A stretch of 63,655 nucleotides of DNA, the filler included, from Folioceros fuciformis (taxonomy: Eukaryota): the NCBI GenBank assembly GCA_049999805.1. It is 4 parts of 2 records of this genome, joined end to end, with 100 filler letters (N's around TTAATTAATTAA, not from the genome) between each part and the next. Parts side by side here need not be neighbours in the genome. Positions count along the whole stretch, not along the records: positions 41,670 to 62,166 come from JBNGIO010006264.1; 3 more parts are not named here. The stretch is one strand, 5' to 3'. Below, piece after piece: positions 42,475-55,035 of this stretch. The notes under the pieces are model-generated. The model was given only the letters and a program-made list of their open reading frames with translations, was not told the origin of the DNA and made no database searches. Positions within the stretch are counted from its first letter, which is position 1. Each line of letters begins with the position of its first letter. Position numbers and translations under genes: made by a program.

Positions 42475-45400
42475 ATGTGTGCAGGAAGGTGTTTGGTACT
42501 GCGCAATCTTTGTCTGCTCTGCGTTCTCTTCTTGCACCTGCCCTGCAGAATCAAGGCGTTGACCTTGGATGGTTTCATCTTGCTGCAAATGAAAGAGCAA
42601 GTTGTAGATGGTGCAGGAGTTCTCAGTAGCTGGAATGGGAGCAGTGAGAATCCCTGTTCCTGGTATGGAGTAGCATGCAACAGCGCCGGGAACGTCTCCA
42701 GCATTCAACTCCTGGATGAGGGCCTCTCAGGCAGTCTGCCGCCTGTTCTTGGTTCTCTGGAGAGCATCGAGTATTTGGATTTGTCTGGTAATGACTTTGT
42801 TGGTGGCATACCTGGAGAGATCATGAATGCCAAGACCTTGGTTCTGCTGAACCTGGGGGCCAATGATCTGACAGGCAGCATTCCTGCCAGTATCGCTCAG
42901 CTCTCAAACCTGCAATTTTTGTATGTTCAAAACAATTTTCTACGTGGTAACATTTCTTGGCTAAGCAGTCTCAACCATCTGCAGGAGTTGCATCTTGGGG
43001 GTAACATGCTTTCGGGAGAATTTCCAGACTTGGAAAATCTTACTCACCTGGAGTCCATGTTTGTCAATGACAACTGGCTGACAGGAAGAGCTCCCGATTT
43101 GAACGGCTCGAGGAACCTCAAGTACTTGGACCTGTCTGCCAATTCACTGGAGGGCACCGTGCCAGCTGGCCTTGCCCACATGCCCGATCTCAAATTCTTG
43201 AATCTTGCTTCTAACCTGCTCACCGGTGAGATTCCGCCTGGGACCTGGAATAACAAAACAGAAGCGGTGGATCTCGCCTGCAACAAGCTCAATGGTAGCA
43301 TCCCTGCTGCCTTGCTAGAACCTGGTCCCCTGACCAGCCTCGCATACTTAAATCTTTCTGGTAATTCCATCTCGGGAAGCATTCCAGTCCGTGGTTTTTC
43401 CTACCAGCAGACAACACTGGATTTGAGTAACAATAAGCTAGAAGGCGATGTTACTTACAAATTCCAATTTGGAAGAGAATTGGAGCAACTGTGGCTCCAT
43501 AACAACCTCCTGCGTGGAAACCTGCAAGTCTTTAACATCCCGCCAAGCGTGAAGGAAGTACGACTCTCCGGCAATCGTTTCGCCGGAACGTTTCCACAGA
43601 CAAATGCTGGCTGGGCAGGTGTGGAAGTCCTGGAACTCAGCTCCAACATGCTGGAAGGTCCTATTCCAGGAGCGTTGGCACAAAATCTGAAGCAGTCGTC
43701 AGGAGATGTAAGCCCGACGTGGTTACATCACCTGTCCCGTTTGAGAGAACTGCGGCTAGCAAACAATCACTTCTCTGGAGACATTCCAGCAGGGCCTGGG
43801 CACTGGCAGAGCTTGGAAGTGTTGGACATCAGCAACAACTTTCTCAACTTGAGCTCTGACGACGAACGTCATACTCTGCAGGTCATCTTGGAGACTCATG
43901 TGAGCTTGAGGGAGCTTCGGTTAAGCAGCAACTATTATATCGGCAGTCTGCCTTCGACTGTCGGAAAATTGCCCCTCTTGGAGATCCTGGATCTCAGCAA
44001 CGGCAATTTGACAGGGCAGATATCAGCTGATGCGTTCACGAAAACGTTTATGCCTTCCCTGAAATTGGTGAACCTGTCCAACAACCATTTGTGGGGGCAG
44101 ATCCCGAATGGATTCAGCGACATGATGAACCTAACTGTTCTTGATATTTCCAACAACAACCTCACGGGACCACTCCCCCGCCTCCCTCATCATGTCACAC
44201 TGCGCTTCAATGGTAATCCAGGACTTTGTGGAAGTCCAACTTTACCAGATTGCCGACACGCAGCCTCAGGTATGGATCTCACGCAACATTTGCGGACATG
44301 GCATTGAAGCTGGTGTCTGACTTGATTTCTGATGACACTCCTCACATGTGGTATGCAGGCTTCAAAAGTCGAGGCATGAAATTATGGCAGCTTTTAGCGG
44401 TTCTGGATGCCTCTGCACTCGTAGTAGCTGGATGCTGTCTTGCATTCTGCTGGCGCTGGAGAATCTATTTCAAGAGGCATCAGAAGGACATAGACCTGGT
44501 GGCCGAGCTGAGGGATAACTGCAAGGACACAGCCACCACGCTCATGTCCTTCAGAGAACTGAAGAGAGCTACAGCCAACTTCTCCGACAACTGCCAGATA
44601 GGTGTCGGTGGATTCGGAACAGTCTACAAAGGCTTGCTGGATGATGGCAAGAAGGTAGCAATCAAGAAGAGCAAGCGAGAAGGATCCCAACTGGACAGGA
44701 AGCAATTCCTGAACGAAGTCAGGATCATGTCCCAGGTCCATCACCGGAACCTAGTCAAACTTCTCGGCTGCTGCTTCGCCAACGAGGTGGCTCTCCTGGT
44801 GTTCGAGTACGTTCCCAAGGGCACGCTGGAGGAGCATCTCCGGGGACACCACAGAACAAACCAATCCGGGCCCTTGACATGGAGACAGCGCCTCAAGATT
44901 GCACTTCAAACGGCAGATGCGTTGGCCTACATCCATTCTGCGGCCAACCCTCCTATCTACCATCTGGACGTGAAATCAGCCAACATCCTGCTGGACGAGA
45001 ACCTGAATGCCAAGGTGGCGGACTTCGGAATCTCCAAGCTTGCACCGGCCCTGGATGCAACTCACATCACTGCTCTCACGCTCCAAGGGACGTTCGGCTA
45101 CATGGATCCCGAGAGCTGCGTCAACTCCAAACTGACAGGAAAGAGCGATGTGTATTCCTTCGGTGTGGTGTTGCTGGAGCTCATCACCTCGCAACCTGCG
45201 GTGGATCGGAACAGAGGCGAAGGCGCCAGAGGCAGTCTCATCAACCTGGTAGTTCCACTCATTCAATCCGGTGGTAACATCCAACAGCTGGTTGATCCCG
45301 CTCTGCACGACACTTTCCAAACCGCCATCGGGAAGCAATCTATCTTGAGCGTGGCGATGCTGGCTGTCCAATGTGTGCAGTTCAGCTCGGACGACAGGCC

Positions 45401-45554
45401 GAGCATGAGGGAGGTATGGCAGGAGCTGCAGGCCGTCTGGCATCGGCCCGACTTTCAGTCCACTCCAAGCGCATTGCGCTCCAACGAGCTGGGATCGTGT
45501 TCTGTTATTGCTGATAAGATTGAGCAGTATCCCATGGGCTTGCTCGGAGCATAG
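42475..45554 (+). CDS. LRR receptor-like kinase with a WAK/WAKL-type non-RD kinase domain, 2 exons
   Basis: Signal peptide, LRRNT (LSSWN...PCSWYGVAC), about 20 plant LRRs, GNPGLCG cap, intron 44270-44358, TM segment, then kinase GVGGFGTVYKG, VAIKKSK, QFLNEV, HSAANPPIYHLDVKSANILLD, DFG, GTFGYMDPE. Confidence 0.92.
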
Positions 45555-45974
45555 GCTACTGAAAGCAGCGTGACAGCGTGACAGATTCCATGTGTCCTAG
45601 TGAACTTCCGTTCTGTTGGATGGCTGCCAGCAAAGCTTCCCAAACTCATGTGGCTACGGCAGCATACCAGGTTCAGGGTTACTGTCGAGCGGCGTCCATC
45701 CGTTGAGTCTGGTTGGTGGGGAGCTAATACTCCCTTGCTGACTTTGGAGGGGAAAAAGATGAGCCGTCACTTATTTACACGCACATGCTCCCGAAAACAG
45801 ATTTTGGTTACAACACACAATCTCACAGAACAAACATGAAATTCGCAGACCAGTTTTGTGCTCCGGTGATGTATTGCCGTCAGACGTGAAGAGAACGAGG
45901 TAGCGCTTACACCAGGTGGCGACGATATCGAGAAGGGCAGGCCAGCTGTACAACTCTTGAGGGTAACTCTTGTG

Positions 45975-48900
45975 CTAAGAATTGAACAGTTTGCGGAAGG
46001 TACCCTCCTTCTTCGCGGCTCCTTCCTTCGCCGATTCCGCGAGTTGGAAGATGCGCTTCAGTCCGGTCGCAGACGCAGCAGCCGCTGCAGCTTTTCCCGC
46101 GGCTGCCGCAGCTGCTGCTTTGGCCATCATCGCGTCTTTTGTAGCACCGCCTAGGGGTATGGGAGAATGCAGCATGGAAGCAACTCCAGGTAAGGCTAGA
46201 GAGGGAGCGGACGGTGTTGCAACGTTCGTTCCTCCAACACCACGCCTGCTGTAGTAATCTACAAGGGATTGCTGTTCCTGCCTCTTCAAGCCCTGCACGT
46301 TAAAGCGCACGTGAGGAACCAGAGCAAGGGTTTCTCGAGTTGAAAACAGGCCTTGCTAAAGATGCCGACCTTGAGGTCGAGTATCCGCTGGAAATCTGCA
46401 GCTGTACCCTCTGGCAACAGAGCTCGATAGGTGTCCGCTATGGCCTCCACTGGTGACAAGATCACCTGTACTCGCCATTGGAGTGTATTCATCAACGCAA
46501 GGGCCTCATATGTTTTGTGCCCGTGGAACTTGGAACTGTGAAGATGGGGACCTTGTACCTTGAGAAGAGATTCCGCCTTCGCTATCTCTCGGGTAACATA
46601 TTTGCTGTAAGTAGCTGGGGTGGTACTCTGCATGAAAGCAGGGTCAAAATTGTTGGAGGTGTAGAAGTGAGGTTTCACTGCCAATAATGATAGTGAACGC
46701 ACCTGACCACCAAGAGATGGTATTTCGAGTAGAAGAGTCTTAACTGCCTGCGTGTCAAGCAGCAGCTGCACACAAGAACAGGGAACGTGTGATCAGATAT
46801 GTCGTTCAGTATTCTAGGTTCTCCTGAACGTGTTGCGGTGACGGACCTGTTGAGCTCCAGTCTCAGATATTCTTCTACACTTATAGATACTGTACTGGAA
46901 TCTTGGGGCGAATGACGCTGATAACTGCACACAGCTGGTAGGTCAGAGCCATCTCTAAACCTTAAAAGCCGCGCGTCGTAGAGCAGAGGCATCAGACAGG
47001 TATTGTACCTTGTCTATGAAGAACTGGAAGAAGACAGGAGACAACAAGCTAGCAATAGGAGGAACACTGTTCGACAGGATGTGGCTGATGGCAGTAACGT
47101 ACCTGTTACCAGAAGCAATGTAACAGTGTCTGAATAGTACATCAAAGGACACATGGGCCCTTCAAGGGTACAACTCCAGGAATTATTAACCTGCTATGGC
47201 CTACGGAAATGCGTTTAACTTACTCAGACTGATCTCCAACAGCCTCAATCGCCGCCCAGTTTACCCTGGTCATGTTGGCTAGCTCAGCGTCAAGCTTTGT
47301 CTCAATACCAATCACTAGAGTTGAAAGGGCTTTCGTTGTTACAGCGGAGAACTCACCCTGCGCGCCTAATGTTATGTTTGATTAGCACAGGTGCGCAACG
47401 CAACTGAAGGAAGCCTCTGCAAAACAGACATCAGCAATTCCGGTGCTTGCTTACCTGCACTTCAGACATGTCAATCTTCTCAGCAAGTGGACCATCAATT
47501 GCACGTGCTATGCTTTCTGCCAATTGCCCAGCCTAATAGGACACAACAAATGGGTTGAGAAGAAAGAAAAACGCGAATCTTCATAGTGTACATCAGCAGG
47601 AGCGACAGCATGTTGTACCGTTTGCTGGCAGTACTCTGCTGTGTTGACGATGTAGCACATGGTCCTCTCCTCCCTGTCACTCATCTGATAAATTGATGTG
47701 TTAATACTTTCATGTTTATCTTACCCACGATATCTTAACTCAACACACCAACAGACCAGTTTTGTACCCTTAAAATCCTGTCAGTTCCAGTCGCACTAGC
47801 AACTAAGCCAGTCTCTGCCCGTGGAAACCGCATTGTAAGTTTTGTGGCGTAAGCTCTAAGAACCCGTTGAAAGACCTGTAAAATTTGTATAAATACGACG
47901 AGCACCACATCGTTACAGGACACGCATGTGGAGAACACTTCCAGCAGCCCACTAGATTGAAATACCTTGTAGAGGCTGAACAAAGTCTGACTCTTCGTCA
48001 GGGCAGTGCACCGTTTGAAGCTTTTCTTTATCAAAAGAAAGATCTGCATAAAGAGTTCCCATCACCACCTTCGCCCATCAGACGAAGGAGAGCCACCAAT
48101 ATTTTCCGTGAGAACGCTACACAGACATATACACTTATACTCATGTCCCGAACTTGCTTTAAGGCAGGATACATGCCTCTGAACTGCTGGCCAAAATGTT
48201 TGTCTGACTGCCTTGCTCAGCTTCCCATGTCTCCTCCTGTAACAACACACAACAAGGCCGTTCTCATCCAAGGCTTGGAATGTTGACGACCTGCATTTCA
48301 GCCACAACCACAGATCGAAAATAAAGAACAATGGACAAACCTAGACTGGACAACCTAGAGACTGTGTACCTGTATAAGCCTTTCAAGGATTTCCATCAAT
48401 GTCTTCTCTTCTAGTTCCACATAGGCGCCCATATGTGGTTCAAAACAGGATGATATAACGCCGCTGAAATCAAATTGTGTCGCAACCTGGAATTTCAGGA
48501 ATCACAAGGTTCACCTAATGAGATATAAGTTCTACATCCTGAAAGTACCATGGAACAAAAGGATGGCAGGAAAGATATGCTGCACATACAGCCATAGCCA
48601 ACCCTGCACTGCCCTTCCTCTTCGGGTCTTGGGAAACTCGTCTCTGAAGAAAACAAAGTAATGGTTAAGCAGGCTTTCAAATCTGCTGCAAGAATTTTAA
48701 ACACCCAGGCTTTTCAGACCTGCAGAAGGCAATGCACTCAACATGGTCCACCGTAGGTAGGCCTAATAGGCTGTAGTAAAGGGTTAACCTTTGCTGCAAG
48801 CTCCAGCTCATACTTTTTCCTGATTGCTGAAGCACTTTGAGCATCCACAACTTCATCATCCGATCCATCAGAGCCATCATCACTCCCAGTTTTCGCCCTC

Positions 48901-50952
48901 GGACCACCAAAACCTTCCACAAGGTCTTGCTCAAATTCAATGGTTCTCTGTAGAGCCTGCAAACGTAGCCCCATCACACTGTCAAACAAAACAAAGCCCC
49001 ATCAAGAACTTCGGTGCTCAATTTCTGGCCATTGTTCTGCAAACAAAGGATCCAGCCCTAATCCAGATTGATAAAATCACTATAAGCTGAGCACATGAAC
49101 TTTGTCTTGTCTGTGATAATGCAAAACTAGTCCACCTGAAGCAAGGTTGCCACATCTGGCTTTTCAACACCAGCATCCAAGATCTCCATTATATTTGCTC
49201 TATAGCAGAGAAGACAATGTCAAGACTATCAAAAGCCTGAATACTTTCAAGTGTAAAGAATTCCACGGTGACTAGGAGATACTTGGATGAGATTATTAGT
49301 TTCTGAGACGGTAGAGAGGGAATTACACGACATAGACGAACGTTTGGTGACAGGGCAGGACGCGCACCTGGTTAGTTTGCAGAACTGCATGCAAAGCAGA
49401 TATGTCACACGCCATGCTGGTGGAAAAATCTGCCAGACTTCTTGATTGTCACGTAATTTTCGCTTTAGCCAGGCATATCGACGTTCAGCCTTATCGAGTC
49501 TTGCCACCTCTGATCAGAGGTCAAGGGGAGAAAATGACATAGAAATACTCAAGCAGACACAAGGATATCAGATAGCTAGATGTTCACAACGGCACAATTA
49601 CCTGTCCCTTGGAATATCTGCTGATAAGCAATTAATTCTTTGGTGCATATATTTCTGATGATTTCTTCTCGTGTTGCTGTATCCAAAGAATCGACAACCA
49701 AGCACGCATCCTTCAGTTGCTTCATCAGCTGAGGATCATCTTTCAGTCCTGCTGTTCCCAAACTGCAGCACACTAATATTGTGTCAACCCAGCCTCGCAA
49801 GGACGTGACCGGTGTCATTTTGAGGCACAACAGTGAAAGCGCGTACTAAGAAAACTCAGCAGAGACACTCGACTTCAGGGCTGCCTTGCTGAGCTTATAC
49901 TTCTCTTTCAATTCGTTAATTTTTGGAATGTCCTTGTAAGCGTCGAAATGGCTGCAGAGCTGGTTAACTGCCTGCATGAAGACCAGGTGCTGTATAAAGG
50001 CAAGGAACCGTGAACAATGTAGGAGAGGCAGACACAAGGGACCATGGCCTACTGTCTGACCTAAAGCGCAAGCTTTTCAGACTCATGAGAGCTACAACCT
50101 CCAACTGGCCTGCTGCCTCCTTGTATTGACGCTTGGCTGCCATCTCTTGCAGCTGTTCCACAGCTGCGACTGCATTAAGGAGGACAGAGATTCAAGACAG
50201 TTGCAGAAAGGAAGTAACAGTACACCTACAGGAATGCAACAACGTCCTTAACCGAGCATTGCAAGCCGATGTAGGGCCGTGATTGTGGTTGTAATGTGTT
50301 TCTTAGCAGAGTCCAGCTTTTTAATGTCCCGGCACAGATCCTGGACCAGTACTTCACTCTCATCAGCTTTGGTCCTGAATGCCTTGATCTTCTGTGACAG
50401 CTCCTGCCATGATGTTCATCCAATCAGCTTTCCATGCCATATCATGTGCACCATCCTACACTCCAGAATCCTAATGGCCAAACGACAGTGACAAAACACA
50501 CCTGAATGGCATCGGTTGCCAAAGCAAGATCCTCCTTCGCCTTCGTTCCCGAAGTACTCTGGTTAACCATCGTCAAAGCTCAGGGACCAGTATCATGGCA
50601 GTGCAGACCGTCCTGGTTTCAACGATTGCACTTGGCAATTCATGCCGTGCTCCTTACCTGCTGGCGTACAGCCACAAGTATCTCTGCATCTATACGCCTT
50701 ACTCTCTGTCGAAGCTTCAATAACAGAGGCTCCACTGCAACCAAAGATGCTTCTGCAGCCCGCATTGGATGGAAGTGTCAACAGAAAAGCCTCGCCATCA
50801 GCGAGGACAGCGCTTCTCAAACTCAATATCCTAAAGAGCAAGAACCCACCATCAGGGAACATGCTGTTGATGAATTCAAGAGTGGAGGGCGGGCCAGCCG
50901 GAGTGGCCAGACTCTGGCTTGGAGCCGAATCTGGAGCTGCAGACTCCGTCAT
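45975..50952 (-). CDS. VPS53: GARP/EARP tethering complex subunit VPS53 (HIT1), many exons
   Basis: STLEFINSMFP, VRRIDAEILVAVRQQ, ICRDIKKLDSAKKHITTTITALHRLAML, RQYKEAAGQLE|AVNQLCSHF, LDKAERRYAWLKR, QLLLDTQAVKTLLL, ADFQRILDLK|GLKR. Confidence 0.93.
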
Positions 50953-51789
50953 TTTGGACGATCAGATCTGGCAGTTATCACTCTAAGCAGATGCAATCTT
51001 GGAGGGTTTAGAAGCACTTGTCTGGCATGCAGCCTAGGTTCTCAAGAGACACCCTTCTCTGCCGCGATCAAGAAACTGCTATGCTTCTCTGGTCTTCTTG
51101 GAATATCGTGCGATCCTATCGAACGTCCTCTAGGCGTTCTCCGAATCAGAAAGGATGCGTGAGAGATAGACACAGGGCTAATTACCACAGTCATGCATCC
51201 TCGTACGAAACATCACTCTCACTCGCAATGGCACACCTACAAATTACCACCTTGCAGGAATTTACAATTTGATTTCTTTGCACTCGGACTATAGCATGCA
51301 TCGGCAATCCCGAGACAATGCAGCGCAATCGCGCAATCCACATGGACAAATCCAGTTAAGCGGTAGACATGAGTGGCAGCGATGGTGATCATACCATCAC
51401 CTGGCCATGGAGCAACAATCTTGCGTACTGCCTAGTAGCTGCTTTGCTTGGGCTCGGCTCTCTAGCAGCCATGACATCTGCACAATTACAACCTTCCGTT
51501 CCCTTTCGAGCATACGTTTTATTCCCGTCGCAGGCCCGGATGCCATAAAGAAGCGTTGCTGGCTTCCCAACGCTCTCGAGCCGAGCCCCGGACAGCCAAT
51601 TGCATACAGTCTTGAACCGACAGGCTAGCTTGGACCCCTGTGCAACCGAGATGCTGTCACTGGGAGCCACACTTGCTCCGAACGGCAGGAAATGGTGGGA
51701 CTCACCCCTGCTCTTGCCCTTGCTCTTGCTCGTGCTTCTTTCTTTCTTTCTTCCCTTCTCTTCACGTCAATTCAAGAAAGCCTCCACCT

Positions 51790-52023
51790 TCAGAGCTCAT
51801 GGTCGTGCCAGCAGAGGAGCATGGTGACGCAGCGGCGGATGATGTAAAACCGCGCCCGTTGTTGCCTAACGACGGCAAAGCACCTGTTCATGGGAGGCTG
51901 AGGACGGGCCTCCCCGACGCTGTCCTCGGCCCCGTCGAAGAGCGCACTGGAGGAGGTCCTTCCCATCCTGCTCACTTTCATGTTGGATTTCCGGCGCTTA
52001 TCCGTAGAGAAGCACTGCCCCAT
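51790..52023 (-). CDS. RTFL: DVL/ROTUNDIFOLIA-like (RTFL) small peptide
   Basis: C-terminal RTF domain [31 protein letters not shown] at 52023; alternative downstream ATGs exist. Confidence 0.9.
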   Translation of the reverse strand: MGQCFSTDKRRKSNMKVSRMGRTSSSALFDGAEDSVGEARPQPPMNRCFAVVRQQRARFYIIRRCVTMLLCWHDHEL

Positions 52024-53399
52024 GCTGAGAACGAACACCAAGCACGCCTGGCAGGCCAGTAGAAAGAAGGAGGTGTCGAAGAGGAGACCAAGTATCGAGC
52101 TCGAGAAAGAAGGAGAAACAAGTATCGAGCTCCAGAAAGAAGGAGAAACAAGTATCTCGAAGCTTCTGCCAAGGATAAACAACGCCTGGAGGCCCTTACA
52201 GTGCAGGGGGGACGAGGAGGCAGGGATACAGGCGATGCAGGAGGCGGTAGAATGAGAGAGGAATGGGAGCTGAAATAGACAGCGAGGGGGCGGAGGCCAA
52301 ATCCAATCGCCTTGGGAAGCGGCACAGGACGGCGATGAGAGAGTGGGCAGACAGGACTTGGAGGCAGTTGCGAATGGAGAGAGAGGGCAAGGCATCGAAT
52401 CGGGCTGATGCACACAGGCAATTGGAGCGCAGCCACAATCAGCATGTGGGAGACGGGGCTGCTGGCTTGGACGGGCCAGAACCATACTTGCGTGATTGTA
52501 CGAAGCAAAGGCGATTCACGAATGCGACTGCACTGGACACACCCACGTCCTCGTCTTGGGACGGAGTGAAGAGCAAGGGGCGAGTGCGTACGTTGCATGG
52601 ATTTACCTGACTCAGCAACAGCATTAGGATCACTATCGAACCGAGGCAGGGCCCCGCTGAATAACACCTGCTTCGATTCTCCGTGTCCTGTTGCTGACAA
52701 TTAGAAAGAAAGTGCGGGTTGGAGGGGCCCAGATCCAGACCCTCCGTCACGGATTCCCCCAGCTCCAGTCTGCCACGGCCGTGTGGCCCCATTGGTGACT
52801 TGTCTTGCCCTTTTGGTTGCGTACTCGAGTTCACGACTTGTGACGGGGGATCTTGAACAGACAGCAAAAAAAAAAGACCTGTGTGCGGCAGCTATGTGCA
52901 GCCAGTAAGGTCCTAGGAGGGGAATTACGTACAAGTGAAGAGTTATAGACTTGCTCAACCCCGCAGAAGGGCTTGCTTCTCAATCTCGGAAGCGATGAAT
53001 GCTTCGCTCGTGTGAAATCCTATTTTCATGTCATGCCCCGTCCATCCAAAGAATATTGTACGCCTAGGGCTATCCTGCACACGTACGGTTTTGCCTATGT
53101 TCATGAATAGATTGCAAAATTTTGTTTCAGGGCCAGGTCTCAAATATACTGCCACTTTAGATTGTCTATCGAGAATTGCCCAAGCTTTGGAATGGAATTG
53201 CCAAGCTTCAGAATCTGGACATGAGTGGGCAGTCCATGGAATGCAATACGCTTGCTTTTGCAGGCAGAACTTAGCTAGAGCACGGTTGGCAGTAGTGAAT
53301 AGTGGGTTTATCTTTTGATCGAGAAAGCTCGAAGGTTTGAACGAGGCTGGCGAGACTCACTACAAGCCCACGCACCATTGCTTGATTTAAGGCGATATA

Positions 53400-53545
53400 T
53401 GTTAGAAAACCCATATTGTTTAGAGTTTTTGTGCACCACATCTAGGACTATATAAGTAAGCATAGACAATTACTCTAAATGTATTGAATTGAGGCTCTTA
53501 CTTAGGGCTTGTTTGGGATATTTTGTTCTAACATGGTATCAGAGC
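53400..53545 (+). mobile_element. 5' LTR (134 bp) and tRNA-iMet primer-binding site of a Ty1/copia element
   Basis: Perfect 8-bp inverted termini TGTTAGAA(53400)...TTCTAACA(53533), immediately followed by PBS TGGTATCAGAGC (53534-53545). Confidence 0.88.
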
Positions 53546-53597
53546 TCTCCTGAACGAAGAAATCCAATTCCTTTTCCTTTGGACTATCTTTGCTTGT

Positions 53598-55030
53598 TTT
53601 GTATTGTGTACAGTGCCATTTACATTGTGTATAGGTTTTGCATTGTGTATAGGGCCACATAGACTATGTATATGTTGTAAGATGTATTGTGTACAGTGCC
53701 ATTTACATTGTGTATAGGTTGTAAGACCTTGTGCAAGTGCAAGTTAGTAAGACCAAGTTAGTAAGACCTAAGCCATTTACATTGTGTATAGGTTTTGCAT
53801 TGTGTATAGGGCCACATAGACTATGTATATGTTGTAAGACCTGAAGCACCGTTGTAAGACCTTGTGCAAGTGCAAGTTAGTAAGACCTAAGCNNNNNNNN
53901 NNGCACCGTTGTAAGACCTTGTGCAAGTGCAAGTTAGTAAGACCTAAGCACCGTTGTAAGAGCAAGTTAGTAAGACCTAAGCACCGTTGTAAGACCTTGT
54001 GCAAGTGCAAGTTAGTAAGACCTTAAGACCTTGTGCAAGTGCAAGTTAGTAAGACCTTGTGCAAGTGCAAGTTACTAAGACCTTGTGCAAGTGCAAGTTA
54101 GTAAGACCTGAAGCACCGTTGTAAGACCTTGNNNNNNNNNNAGACCTGAAGCACCGTTGTAAGACCTTGTGCAAGTGCAAGTGCAAGTGCAAGTTAGTAA
54201 GACCTGAAAGACCTTGTGCAAGTGCAAGTGCAAGTGCAAGTTAGTAAGACCTGAAGCACTGTTATAAGACCTTGTGCAAGTGCAAGTGCAAGTTAGTAAG
54301 ACCTGAAGCACCATTGTAAGACCTTGTGCAAGTGCAAGTGCAAGTGCAAGTTAGTAAGACCTGAAGCACCGGTGTAAGACCTTGTGCAAGTTAGTGAAGC
54401 ACCATTTGCATTGTGTATAGGGCCACGTAGACTATGTGTCTGTTGTAAGACCTTGTGCAAGTTAATGAAAGACCTTGTGCAAGTTAGTGAAAGACCTTGT
54501 GCAAGTTAGTGAAAGACCTTGTGCAAGTTAGTGAAGCAAGACCTTGTGCGACCTTGTGCAAGTTAGTGAAGCAAGACCTCGTGCGACCTTGTGCAAGTTA
54601 GTGAAGCTTGGCAGTTGTAAGACCTTATGCAAGTTATAGTGAAGCTTGGCGATAGTGCAGGGGAGTCATCTTGTTCGGCTAGCTACCGGCCGCAACCGCA
54701 AAGGACAGGAATTTGGCCGGCCACAAAGGACGGGAATGTAGGGNNNNNNNNNNNNNNNNNNNNNNNNNNNNNNNNNNNNNNNNNNNNNNNNNNNNNNNNN
54801 NNNNNNNNNNNNNNNNNNNNNNNNNNNNNNNNNNNNNNNNNNNGGAGTCATCCTATTCGGCCGACCGCAACCGCAAAGGACGGGAATGCAGGGAAGTCAT
54901 CCTGTTTGGCCAGCCGCAACCGCAAAGGACGAGTTTGGCCGGCCACAAAGGACGGGAGTTTAGCCGGCCGCAAAGGACGGGAGTTTGGCCGGCCGCAAAG
55001 GACGGGAATTCGGCTGGCCACAAAGGATGG
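53598..55030. repeat. Compound tandem-repeat arrays in the copia 5' leader, with small N gaps
   Basis: Units of AAGACCTTGT(GCAAGT)nTAGTAAGACCTGAAGCACCGTTGT, 22-bp AGACCTTGTGCAAGTTAGTGAA units, then GC-rich GGCCGCAAAGGACGGGAGTTT units. Confidence 0.9.
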
Positions 55031-55035
55031 GAACA

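Noticed and set aside
51978-52700. Long ORFs upstream of the RTFL peptide
   Set aside because: Low-complexity CT-rich leader with a 30-bp repeat and no domain signal; only the RTF-domain part is supported.
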